Source of the DNA: an uncultured Acidobacteriota bacterium | GTDB lineage: Bacteria > Acidobacteriota > Blastocatellia > RBC074 | NCBI GenBank assembly: GCA_963699175.1 | Contig: OY969418.1 | Coordinates: 5,959,101-6,023,100, forward strand | Length of the DNA stretch: 64,000 bases | Direction: 5' to 3' | Shown: in pieces, positions 19,796 to 29,042 of the stretch | Numbering within the stretch: position 1 is the first letter of the stretch | Layout of the letters: every line of letters starts with the position of its first letter | Translations under genes and position numbers: made by a program | The notes under the pieces: model-generated | Told to the model about the DNA's origin: nothing | Database searches by the model: none | Seen by the model: only the letters and a program-made list of their open reading frames with translations

Positions 19796-21001
19796 TCAAA
19801 CCGATGCGAGCGCATGTGCTGCAGCTAGCACAACTGGTTGCGCATTCAACTCACGAATCTGTCTCAGCTTGTAATTGCGATATTGGCCTGGATTGCCGCT
19901 GTGCCCATCAATTGCGGCCTGCGCAATGTTGAACGCCTCGCGCGCCGAAGCGAAATGGACTTTGAATTGTTTGCTGCGCTCGGCTAATTCCAACACTTCC
20001 GTCCAGAAGCGCCGCGCCGTCGCGCCTGTCGTGGCCTCTTCATCGCCGGGAAAGAAGCCGTGACAATAAAGTTTGATGAAGACCCATTCGGGGCGACTTT
20101 CGACAGCGATGTTGGCGTTTCGCCACAAATCGAAGCGTCGGCGATTGAACGTGCAATTGGCCGTCAACACACCTTCTTCAATACGCGGCACAGGCAAGCC
20201 TTTCTTGCGCCGTTTCCAATCAAAGACCAGTGGCCCGGTAATAATCAACGGCAGCGCAGGCTGCTGCCCCACTTTCAAACGAGGCCCCGAACGATGTGAC
20301 AGTGGCTGATCGAGCGGATGGCCGCATTCATACAACGAATTGATCTGCGGCACTTGCGAAGGCCAGGGAAACGCGGGCAGCGTAAAATCGGCCACACAAC
20401 CTGTCTCCACTAAAATCTGCATCTCGTCATCCACACCGCAGGCAAAGCCGCCACGCGAATTGGCTAGCGCAAAGTTGCCGTGCACGAAGCTGTACTTTGG
20501 TTGTGGATCATCGGCCAAACGCGACAAACAACCGTGCTCTTCCGCCAGCCGGTCGCGAAACTCGCTGATGCCTGCGCGGAAATTGGCCGAGTTGTCGGGC
20601 GCTTGCACGCCGTGGTGCCAGTGAATCTCGACTTCGCCGCAGCCATCGGCTTGCAACTCCGCCAGCCGGTCTAGCAACACGCGATGATATTGCTCGCCCG
20701 GATAAAAGTTCGTGTGTTGAAATGCCACGCCGTCGTGATCGCGCACTACACTGCCGGTCAGCCGTGCCGTGCGGCACCAGCTTTCCACTTTGGCAATCTG
20801 ATTAGGCAATTCGTCCAAGCCGCCACGCGCGCACCAGCCGGGTTCATAGTGATTGGCAATGACGAAAATCAAGTGGCGCGCGGCTACGCCATCCGTCAAA
20901 CGCCGCAATCGCTCGCCCGTGCGCCAGAACGGATAGCGCACCAGCCAGGGCAACGACCAATTCAGTTTATTGAACCAGGTATCTTTCAATTGCTTATTCA
21001 T
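19796..21001 (-). CDS. conserved hypothetical protein, possible NodB-like metallo-barrel
   Basis: His/acid-rich motifs NHYEP, HTNFYP, EIHWHH, FVHGN, KLYCHG. Sits in operon with the GNAT genes. Confidence 0.6.
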   Translation of the reverse strand: MNKQLKDTWFNKLNWSLPWLVRYPFWRTGERLRRLTDGVAARHLIFVIANHYEPGWCARGGLDELPNQIAKVESWCRTARLTGSVVRDHDGVAFQHTNFYPGEQYHRVLLDRLAELQADGCGEVEIHWHHGVQAPDNSANFRAGISEFRDRLAEEHGCLSRLADDPQPKYSFVHGNFALANSRGGFACGVDDEMQILVETGCVADFTLPAFPWPSQVPQINSLYECGHPLDQPLSHRSGPRLKVGQQPALPLIITGPLVFDWKRRKKGLPVPRIEEGVLTANCTFNRRRFDLWRNANIAVESRPEWVFIKLYCHGFFPGDEEATTGATARRFWTEVLELAERSKQFKVHFASAREAFNIAQAAIDGHSGNPGQYRNYKLRQIRELNAQPVVLAAAHALASV

Positions 21002-21018
21002 ACAATTGCTTATTCATA
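20987..21018. repeat. perfect 16-bp tandem duplication spanning a start codon
   Basis: CAATTGCTTATTCATA at 20987-21002 and again at 21003-21018. Confidence 0.9.
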
Positions 21019-21043
21019 GCGCGCGCCGCTCAATGCAATTAGC

Positions 21044-21808
21044 TTACTTGACCAACTCAATCACCTTGACGGTCGCGTAATATTCAAGGTGCGGGAATCG
21101 CCGCAACATGCGCTGGTCAAAACGCACCAACGGCTTTACATAGTTGCGCGCGACTGGCAACAGACCCGCCACACCGATGTACGGCAGATAGAATGACCGC
21201 GCGCGATAAGAAGCGAACCCGCTGGCGAATTCCTCTAACTCCGCATGCGGTAAGGGATCAAACCGCGCACGAAATCAAGCGTTGCTGAATTGCGCACCGG
21301 CTCTTTGAAAATTGCCCGCCCGCCTTTGCGCAAGATACGCTTAGCCTCGCGCGCAGCCAGCGGCAATTCCAAGTGATGCAGGATCGCAATGCCGAAAATA
21401 ACATCTACCGATTCATCTTCCAGCGGGATGTCGTACACCGACGCTGTGATGAATCGCACGCCGCTGTCAATCCCATTGACGCTCAAGCGCCGCCGCCCGA
21501 TTTCGATCAACTCAGGCGAGATGTCCACGGCCTGTACCTGCGCACCACGCCTGGCCAGCAGTAAAGTGTTGTCGCCCGTGCCGCAACCGAAATCCAGCAC
21601 CTGCTTGCCGCGCACGTCGCCCAGCAAGTGATAGGCGTATTCCAGCGGGTAAGATGTTTCTGCCGGTGGATTCAAATAGCGTGCGACGTTGCTCTCACAC
21701 TCGCGCAACGCTGCATCTTCTGCGCGCCGCTTCGAACGCACTGCGTTCGCGTTCAGCCTGTTCCCCCGTGCGCAGGTCTACTGCGCGTGTGGTCAAGATT
21801 TGATTCAT
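21044..21808 (-). pseudogene. class I SAM-dependent methyltransferase with two frameshifts
   Basis: AAGGAGG RBS and ATG 21808 (MNQILTTRAV...EAAR, stop at 21695). The core (VLDFGCGTG, FGIAILHHL) is in a second frame, 21741-21235. The tail ...HAELEEFASGF...VKVIELVK* (stop 21044) is back in the first frame. Confidence 0.75.
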
Positions 21809-21914
21809 TGGATGCCTCCTTATTGCTAATGCAGGAGGCCGACAGGTGCTACACCTGCGCACTGCAATATTGCAGCGTCACCCCAACACCCGTCCTTACC
21901 CAACGCAACTGCGG

Positions 21915-23228
21915 CTACCAGCAAATTCCTTGATATGATTTCGGACGTTCGTTGCTTTCAATCAGCCGCACCAGATCAATCACGGTGCGACCATTGTTCA
22001 GATAATCGTGGATAGCGCGGTACTCTTCGGACTTCTTGCCGATGACAATTACCTCGGAGCCTTCGATCACCTGGTGAATGTCTTCGCGCATCAGTGACGA
22101 GATATGCGGAATCTCGCGCTCGATGTAGTCGCGGTTCGCGCCGAAGATGCGCGCCAGCTCGACCTCTTTGTCGTAGATCGACAGCTTGTAGCCTTTGCCC
22201 AATAACAGTTCGATCAGCGTGACGGTCGGGCTTTCGCGCAGATCGTCCGTGCCGGCTTTGAAGCTCAAACCGAGAATGCCAATCTGTTTTTTGCCAGTCT
22301 GTGCGACCAATTCGGCGGCACGCTCAATTTGCAAGCGGTTACTGACCAGCAACGAATTGAGCAACGGCGTTTCCAGATCGAGCGTTCTTGCCTTGTAGGT
22401 CAATGCACGCACGTCCTTCGGCAAGCACGAACCGCCAAAGGCGAAGCCGGGCTTCAAGTAGTACGGCGATAAGTTCAGCTTCGTGTCCTGACAGAAAACG
22501 TCCATCACCTTGTGACTGTCCACGCCGAGTGTCTTGCAGATGTTGCCAATCTCGTTGGCAAAGGTGACTTTCAATGCGTGGAAGCTGTTGCAGGCATACT
22601 TGACCATCTCGGCCTCTTTGACCTTGATGCTTAAGACTGGCGCGTTGATGTGCGAGTAAAGCTTGCGCACCAGAAAAGCCGCCTCCTCGTCATCCGCGCC
22701 GACCAGCGTGAAGGGCGGATGATAGAAGTCATAGATCGAAGTGCCTTCGCGCAGAAATTCAGGATTGATCGCCACGCCGAAGTCACGCCCGGCCTTCTTG
22801 CCCGAATAGACTTCCAGCGTCGGAATCACCACGTCGTGCACCGTACCCGGCAGCATCGTGCTGCGCACGACCACTACGTGATAGCGGTGCTTGGTCTCCA
22901 AGGACGAGCCGATCTGCTTGCAAACGTGTTTGACGTGATTGAGGTCGAGACTGCCGTTGGTATTGCCAGGCGTACCAACGCAGATCAGCGAGACATCCGA
23001 ATCCATCACGGCTTCGACCGCTTCGGTGGTGGCACGCAAACGGCCTTCTTTTACGCCCGACGCAATTAACTCTTCCACGCCCGGCTCAACGACGGGTGAA
23101 CGACCTTCGTTGATGATCTGCACTTTAAGTTCGTTGACATCGCAGCCAATCACTTCGTGACCGCTCTCGGCGAAACACGCGGCAGAGACTGCGCCAATAT
23201 AACCTAAACCAAAAACGCTAATTCTCAT
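21915..23228 (-). CDS. algD: GDP-mannose 6-dehydrogenase-like nucleotide-sugar dehydrogenase
   Basis: GLGYIG, CVGTP, NPEFLRE, KLNLSPYYLKPGFAFGGSCLPKD, FKAGTDDLRESP and terminal GICW, closely following AlgD. Confidence 0.85.
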   Translation of the reverse strand: MRISVFGLGYIGAVSAACFAESGHEVIGCDVNELKVQIINEGRSPVVEPGVEELIASGVKEGRLRATTEAVEAVMDSDVSLICVGTPGNTNGSLDLNHVKHVCKQIGSSLETKHRYHVVVVRSTMLPGTVHDVVIPTLEVYSGKKAGRDFGVAINPEFLREGTSIYDFYHPPFTLVGADDEEAAFLVRKLYSHINAPVLSIKVKEAEMVKYACNSFHALKVTFANEIGNICKTLGVDSHKVMDVFCQDTKLNLSPYYLKPGFAFGGSCLPKDVRALTYKARTLDLETPLLNSLLVSNRLQIERAAELVAQTGKKQIGILGLSFKAGTDDLRESPTVTLIELLLGKGYKLSIYDKEVELARIFGANRDYIEREIPHISSLMREDIHQVIEGSEVIVIGKKSEEYRAIHDYLNNGRTVIDLVRLIESNERPKSYQGICW

Positions 23229-23242
23229 TTGAGTCCTGCTCC

Positions 23243-24508
23243 TTAACCTGCCGCTGCCAGCTTCGCGCCCGCGACTGCTACTTGCTTGTTCGATAACCGC
23301 AATACCTTTTCACACAGCGCTGCAAATTCATCGGCCACATTGCCCCAGCCGAAGCGCGCACGCACCGTTGCCGCCGCTTGTTGACCAATGCGCCGCGCCA
23401 ACGCTGCATCGCGCAACACGCGCACAACTGCATCAGCAAAAGCTTGCGGTTCGTCTGCCAAAAGCAATTCGGCGCCGTCGCGCACGGGCAAGCCCTCTGC
23501 GCCAATCGTAGTCGAGACAATCGGCTGCTCCATCGCCATCGCTTCGTAGACCTTCAAACGCGTGCCTCCGCCGATGCGCAGTGGAATGACGTAGGCAGCG
23601 GCGCGCTCCATAAACGGACGCACATCGTCAACGCGACCCGTCACAGTAATGGCCGGATCGCGCTGGCTTAACTCAAGCAAACTCGGAAACGGATTGCGCC
23701 CGACGACGGTCAATTTCACGTCGGGGATTTGCTGTTTGATGAGCGGCAAGATTGCTTCGGTGAAATAGCGGATCGCATCTTCGTTCGGCAGCCAATCCAT
23801 CGAGCCGGTGAAAACCAGCGAGTTCGGCTCGGTTTCAAGCTTCCCGCTCGGTTTGAAAAACTCCGTGTCCACGCCTGTCGGCACATCACTCACGTTGGTC
23901 ACGCCATACGCGCGACGCATGGTGTCAACATCGTCCGCTGAAACGGCCACGACGTAGTCGTAGCGCTGGCACGCGGCCTTTTCATACTCAACCGCTTTTT
24001 CCCATTGGCCTTTCAAGTAAGCTTTCTTAAGCGGCTGCGTCTGGACTTCGTAGTGGCGCTGCCAGATCATCGCTTCGACGTTGTGCTGGAAGAGCAGCGT
24101 CGCGCAATTGACGCGCTCCGGTACATTGAAGCTCGGATTCAAGAAATCGCAGACCAGCACATCTACGTCGCCTTTAGCCAAACGTCGCTCAATCGCTGTA
24201 CGCATCGCCGCCGATTTGTACTTCTTTACAAAGTAGGGCAACGGCGAAACCAGGTTCTGCGCCAACTCGGCATAAAACCGGGCGGAGAACTTCGCGCTTG
24301 TCTGGTGCGATACAGTGATAAGTTCGTGGCAATACTCTGTCGCTCGCTCCGCCGCGTCAGGCGCAGCCGTGCCATCATCCAGCGTCAAGTAGGTCACGCG
24401 ATGCTGGCGTTTCAGTTCCTTCAGCATGTGGTAGGTGCGAATCTTGCCACCCTTATCCACCGGATGGAGCAGTTCAGTTTTAAGCCAGAGAATGTGCATC
24501 AACCTCAA
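23243..24508 (-). CDS. glycosyltransferase family 4
   Basis: HNVE, FTGSMDWLPNEDA, PLRIGGGTRLKVYEAMA motifs. Confidence 0.92.
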   Translation of the reverse strand: MRLMHILWLKTELLHPVDKGGKIRTYHMLKELKRQHRVTYLTLDDGTAAPDAAERATEYCHELITVSHQTSAKFSARFYAELAQNLVSPLPYFVKKYKSAAMRTAIERRLAKGDVDVLVCDFLNPSFNVPERVNCATLLFQHNVEAMIWQRHYEVQTQPLKKAYLKGQWEKAVEYEKAACQRYDYVVAVSADDVDTMRRAYGVTNVSDVPTGVDTEFFKPSGKLETEPNSLVFTGSMDWLPNEDAIRYFTEAILPLIKQQIPDVKLTVVGRNPFPSLLELSQRDPAITVTGRVDDVRPFMERAAAYVIPLRIGGGTRLKVYEAMAMEQPIVSTTIGAEGLPVRDGAELLLADEPQAFADAVVRVLRDAALARRIGQQAAATVRARFGWGNVADEFAALCEKVLRLSNKQVAVAGAKLAAAG

Positions 24509-24511
24509 ATC

Positions 24512-26467
24512 TCAAATTGCCAGCGCCAAAGCTTCCTCTGTCTCTACCGCTTCAGCAATATCTTCCGCCGCTTCGCCGTCAAAGAAGCGCCGCAGCCAGA
24601 TTTCAAAATTGATCAGCAGCCACAACCGTTCCGCGTGGTTCTCGCCTGCTTGATGCCGCGCCACCAGGCTGCGCACAAAATCGGCGTCGAACAACCCGCG
24701 CATCAATGCGCGTTCGCTCAACACATACTCGTCAACGATATATTTGAAAGGCCCGCGCAACCACGCGCCCACCGGCACGGGGAAGCCCATCTTTTTGCGC
24801 GTCAAAATCTCGTCAGGCAGCACACCCTTCATCGCCTGGCGCAGAATATATTTTGTCGTTGTGCCGCGCAGCTTCATTTCAACCGGTAAGTGTGTGGCAA
24901 ACTCAATCAGCTTGTGATCGAGGAAAGGCACACGGCTTTCAATCGAAGCGGCCATACTCATCTGATCCTGCTTCATCAACAGCTCGTGTAGATAGGTTTT
25001 CAAATCCGCCGCCAACAACTGGTCAAGCAGGTTGTCGGCATCCGCCGCGTTTACGTATTCAAGCGCCGTGTGATACGGATCATCGTCCCACATATCGGCG
25101 TAAGTCTGCGCAGTGAACAACTCCTGCTGCATGGCGGGCGAGAAGACTGCGAAGTTGTCGAAGTAGATGTTCCGCAGCGCGGCAGGCAGACACAGGAACG
25201 TGCGCTGCAATTTCTGCCGCACGCGGTTTGCGCCGCCGAGTTTTTCAATCCGATGCCTGATCGCGTCTCGCACGCGCGCAGGCGCAAGGCGGTTGTAATA
25301 CGCGCCAAGTTGCAAATTGAAAATCGTCGCGCGGTACTTGTTGTAGCCGGCGAGTAATTCGTCCGAGCCTTCGCCTGTCAGTACGACTTTGACGTGCTTG
25401 CGCGCCAGCTTCGAGACGAAGTACAAGGGCACGCTCGATGGGTGCGCCAGCGGCTCGTCTTCCTGATAAACGAGCGCAGGCAGCGCAGCAAAAAACTCTG
25501 CCGGGCTGACTATGATCTCGTGATGCTCGGTGCGATAGGCCTTGGCCACAGTGCGCGCGTATTCCAACTCGTTTGCTTCACGTTCGGCAAAGGCGACTGA
25601 AAAGGTCTTGATCGGTTCTTTGACAAGCTGGCTCATCACTGCTGCAATCGCACTCGAATCAATGCCGCCGGAGAGAAACATGCCCAGTGGTACATCGCTC
25701 ATCAGGTGTGACTCGACGCAATCACGGAAGAGGCTGCGGAATTGTTCGACGTAGGCGGCGTCGCTGAGCCGTTGCGGCGGCTTGGTAAAACTCAAATCCC
25801 AGTATTGCTTGATCTCGACTTGGCCGTCACTCCACACCAGCGTGTGGCCGGGCGGCAATCGCTTGACGCCTGCGTACAAGGTTTCTGTGCCCGAGGTGTA
25901 GCGGTTGGCAAACTGATCGGCCAGCGCGTTGTAATTTAGTTCTGGTTTGAGCGCGCGCCCAGCGAGCAAGGCTTTGATCTCAGATGCGAAGTGCAGTGTG
26001 CCATCTTCTTCCAGCACATAATAAAGCGGCTTGATACCGACGCGGTCTCGCGCCAGCACGAGCTTGCGCTGTGGCGCGTCCCATAAGGCGTAAGCGAACA
26101 TGCCGCGCAAGCGTTGCACGCTGGCGGTGCCGAACTCTTCGTAAAGGTGAATGATCGTTTCCGTATCGCTGGCGGTGCGGTAGCAGTGGCCTTTGCTCTC
26201 GAGCAGCGGGCGTAATTCGCGGTGGTTGTAGATCTCCCCGTTGAAGGCAAGCCAGACAGTACCGTCTTCGTTCGACATCGGCTGCTGTCCACCACCCAGA
26301 TCAACGATGGACAGACGCCGGTGGCCCAACCCAACTGTGCTGTTGACCCACGTGCTGGCATCGTCGGGGCCACGATGTTCAAGTGCGTCACGCATCAGCG
26401 TCACGCGCGCATCATCAACACGCCGATTAAGTCGTCTTGGAATGGCCGTACCACAAATACCGCACAT
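24512..26467 (-). CDS. asnB: asparagine synthase-family glutamine amidotransferase (EPS-associated) 1
   Basis: [42 protein letters not shown] motifs. Confidence 0.93.
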   Translation of the reverse strand: MCGICGTAIPRRLNRRVDDARVTLMRDALEHRGPDDASTWVNSTVGLGHRRLSIVDLGGGQQPMSNEDGTVWLAFNGEIYNHRELRPLLESKGHCYRTASDTETIIHLYEEFGTASVQRLRGMFAYALWDAPQRKLVLARDRVGIKPLYYVLEEDGTLHFASEIKALLAGRALKPELNYNALADQFANRYTSGTETLYAGVKRLPPGHTLVWSDGQVEIKQYWDLSFTKPPQRLSDAAYVEQFRSLFRDCVESHLMSDVPLGMFLSGGIDSSAIAAVMSQLVKEPIKTFSVAFAEREANELEYARTVAKAYRTEHHEIIVSPAEFFAALPALVYQEDEPLAHPSSVPLYFVSKLARKHVKVVLTGEGSDELLAGYNKYRATIFNLQLGAYYNRLAPARVRDAIRHRIEKLGGANRVRQKLQRTFLCLPAALRNIYFDNFAVFSPAMQQELFTAQTYADMWDDDPYHTALEYVNAADADNLLDQLLAADLKTYLHELLMKQDQMSMAASIESRVPFLDHKLIEFATHLPVEMKLRGTTTKYILRQAMKGVLPDEILTRKKMGFPVPVGAWLRGPFKYIVDEYVLSERALMRGLFDADFVRSLVARHQAGENHAERLWLLINFEIWLRRFFDGEAAEDIAEAVETEEALALAI

Positions 26468-26484
26468 ACTTACTTCTCTACTGC

Positions 26485-28671
26485 TTAAACTGTTGCCAGA
26501 TCGCGTCGTTTGTTTTGTTCCGTCGGGCGGCTATTTTCCGTCAGCACCCATTGCGTGACGAAACGTTCGACCTCTTCTTTTTGCTGTTGATTGAAAGGCA
26601 CGATCAGCGTGCGCAACTCGCAACTCCCCTGTGCCTCAAGCGTATTGATTGCCAACGGCGCTAGTTCGCGTTGCCCATAGCAACGCGAAACCCAACCCTC
26701 TTCAAGCCGTATTCCAACTGTCGGTGACAGCTCCGTTGATGAGTGAGCGCTTGTAGCAATCGTTACCAAAATTAGCCCCTTCCCGTCCGGGGCGGTAACG
26801 TGGATGTGGCCATTCCCTACACTAGCTTGAAGACCGGCAGCGAAGTGCAAACGCAACTCGTAACGATGCGTTGACTTGGCTGTAAAGCGGTCACGCAATA
26901 CCAAATGTGTGATTGCGCCACACTGCCATAAAAATTGGCGTTGTTGCCGCACCGGGTCGGTCAGCCGCGCGTAACCGTTCTGTTGCCCGGTGAATTGCCA
27001 GCCGGTCGCAGTCTCGCTAAATTCCAACGGCAACACCTGCGCTACGTGTGACCAGGTGAAGGCGCTCAGCTTGACCGATTGGGACAGGCCATCCACCGCC
27101 ACCGTGTTGTGACCGAGTGATGACGTGAATGCCACACGCTCCTCCGCGCCACGCGTGTAGGTGTAGGTGCCTGGGTCAACCAGCCAAGTCACGCCCTGTG
27201 CGGCGAACTCGAACGAAAGGGCGTCGCTGTGCGCGTGGCCGCCGTTCATTACGCCGTGCGGGCCGCAATCAATGAACAGGTAACTCGATGTGCGTTCCCA
27301 ACCATCACGCAGCACATAAAAACCACTTTCAGCAAATGCTTTTGTGTGCATTGCTGGTGGTTGCGCGGCCAGATCATCGAAGGCTTTCAATCCGTGTGCG
27401 CCGAGCAGCCACAACGTCTCGATAGATGCTTCACCCGCGACGTACTTCCATTCGCCGCGTTGAAAAAGCGCCGCGCCTGTCGCCAGTGTGTCGCGGAAGT
27501 CGTCCGCGTTGCGCGTGCTCAACATCACCAACCGCCCGCCATCGTCGTCGCCGTAAAACGTCGCGCTGCCGTCCGGGCGCGTGACCCAGCACAGATGTTC
27601 GTACAGCGCAGTCAGCTTTTCTTCCACGACAGGCGGCAACTTGATGTTATGAGCACGACACAGCAGCGACAGGTGCGTATAAAAGTCCGTCGTATAGCGG
27701 TGGTAATACGAAGCCTGTTCGAAGTAGACGCCATCACGCCGCACCTGCCGCGGTAATTGTTCGAGCAAGATTTGCAAACCGCACTGCTGCCAATGTTCCG
27801 CTTGCTGCAACTCCGGTAGCGCCACGCCCAAATAAAACAGCCCCAACGCCTCGCCCGTCAGATGCGTGTTTGGGCTGAAGTAATGCGACAGATACGTTTC
27901 TATGTATCGTCCTTGCGCGATCAAGCTTTTCAATAGCCGCGTCACAAACTCCGGCGTCAACGCTTTCGCTTCGGCAAACAGATGCAGCGCCCAGAGCCAC
28001 GCGATCACGCGAAAGGACAACTCCAAACTGCTCGCCCAATTGATGCCGCGCTTGGGCGGATTGGCATCGAGCCAGGCGGTCGCCAACTCGACAAACTTCG
28101 CGGCGTAACGCTCATCGCTCGTCAGCCAATAGGCCTGCCCCAAAGTAACAAAGAACTGGTGGCGGTTGAGTTCCCAAGTAAACTTCTTGTCGCCCGCGAC
28201 CTCAGGGTTCAGAAAGTCGAGTTTGCTCCAATGCAAGAGCGGCGTGCGTTTGCCCGTAGTCGGCTCAAGTTGCCAGTCTACCGGCTCGCCGAAGCTCAAG
28301 CCTTCAGGCTCCCCTTTGTATTCAAAGATGTCGAAGCGATTGGTCAACACGCGGTCGGCGCGCGCCAGGATGGCGGCACGCTCAACCGGGAAGCGCGTTT
28401 CCATCAAGGCTATGATTCCCGCCCGTTGCTTGAGCGCCGGAAAGAAACGCTGTTCTTGAGGCTTGCGCCATCGCTCAATCAGCGCGGTTACAGATTCGCG
28501 CGCCGTCGGCTTCCGCGCCACCGCCGTGAAAGCGTGTTGCAACTGCCGGTCGGTCAGCTCTTGCGCGTCGCTGCCAAAGTAGCGTTCGCTCAGCTTGGCC
28601 AATTCTTGAGCGCCGCGCACGCGCAATTCGCGCCAACTCCTGCCGCGCAGTTTGCTGCCGGTCAATCTCAT
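26485..28671 (-). CDS. heparinase II/III-family polysaccharide lyase
   Basis: WELNRHQ, SPNTHL, FEQASYYH, GDDDGG, HAHSDALSF, LVDPGTYTY, GHNT motifs. Confidence 0.9.
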   Translation of the reverse strand: MRLTGSKLRGRSWRELRVRGAQELAKLSERYFGSDAQELTDRQLQHAFTAVARKPTARESVTALIERWRKPQEQRFFPALKQRAGIIALMETRFPVERAAILARADRVLTNRFDIFEYKGEPEGLSFGEPVDWQLEPTTGKRTPLLHWSKLDFLNPEVAGDKKFTWELNRHQFFVTLGQAYWLTSDERYAAKFVELATAWLDANPPKRGINWASSLELSFRVIAWLWALHLFAEAKALTPEFVTRLLKSLIAQGRYIETYLSHYFSPNTHLTGEALGLFYLGVALPELQQAEHWQQCGLQILLEQLPRQVRRDGVYFEQASYYHRYTTDFYTHLSLLCRAHNIKLPPVVEEKLTALYEHLCWVTRPDGSATFYGDDDGGRLVMLSTRNADDFRDTLATGAALFQRGEWKYVAGEASIETLWLLGAHGLKAFDDLAAQPPAMHTKAFAESGFYVLRDGWERTSSYLFIDCGPHGVMNGGHAHSDALSFEFAAQGVTWLVDPGTYTYTRGAEERVAFTSSLGHNTVAVDGLSQSVKLSAFTWSHVAQVLPLEFSETATGWQFTGQQNGYARLTDPVRQQRQFLWQCGAITHLVLRDRFTAKSTHRYELRLHFAAGLQASVGNGHIHVTAPDGKGLILVTIATSAHSSTELSPTVGIRLEEGWVSRCYGQRELAPLAINTLEAQGSCELRTLIVPFNQQQKEEVERFVTQWVLTENSRPTEQNKRRDLATV

Positions 28672-29042
28672 CTCTTCGTCTTGACGTAGCTCCCCAACCG
28701 GCTCAGCGCATCGGACAACGTGGCGCGCTGCTCAGTAGTTTCGAGCTTGCGCAACGCCGTCAGAAAACTTTCGGTTGGCTTTTCATCACGCTCTTCGTTG
28801 ACCGGTCGCGCATTCAAGCGCAACAGTCGCTCAGCGCGCGTTGAAGGCGTGCCGGGATCGAAGGGCAGAATCAACGCCCGTTCTGTTCCATCTTCTGCTC
28901 TTGTTTTTGCTCTCTCCTCTGATTGCTGGCGATGAAGCGAAAGCCTGCGTTCGAACTGCTGACGCAAGCGAGATACGAAAATGCTCAAAAGAGCGCGCAA
29001 CCCGTCAAGCGACGGATTGCGTAAAGGCTTTTCGCTCTGCAT
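28668..29042 (-). CDS. hypothetical protein
   Basis: Fills the gap between oxidoreductase and lyase. ATGA overlap with the lyase start. Charged and helical. Start uncertain. Confidence 0.5.
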   Translation of the reverse strand: MQSEKPLRNPSLDGLRALLSIFVSRLRQQFERRLSLHRQQSEERAKTRAEDGTERALILPFDPGTPSTRAERLLRLNARPVNEERDEKPTESFLTALRKLETTEQRATLSDALSRLGSYVKTKR

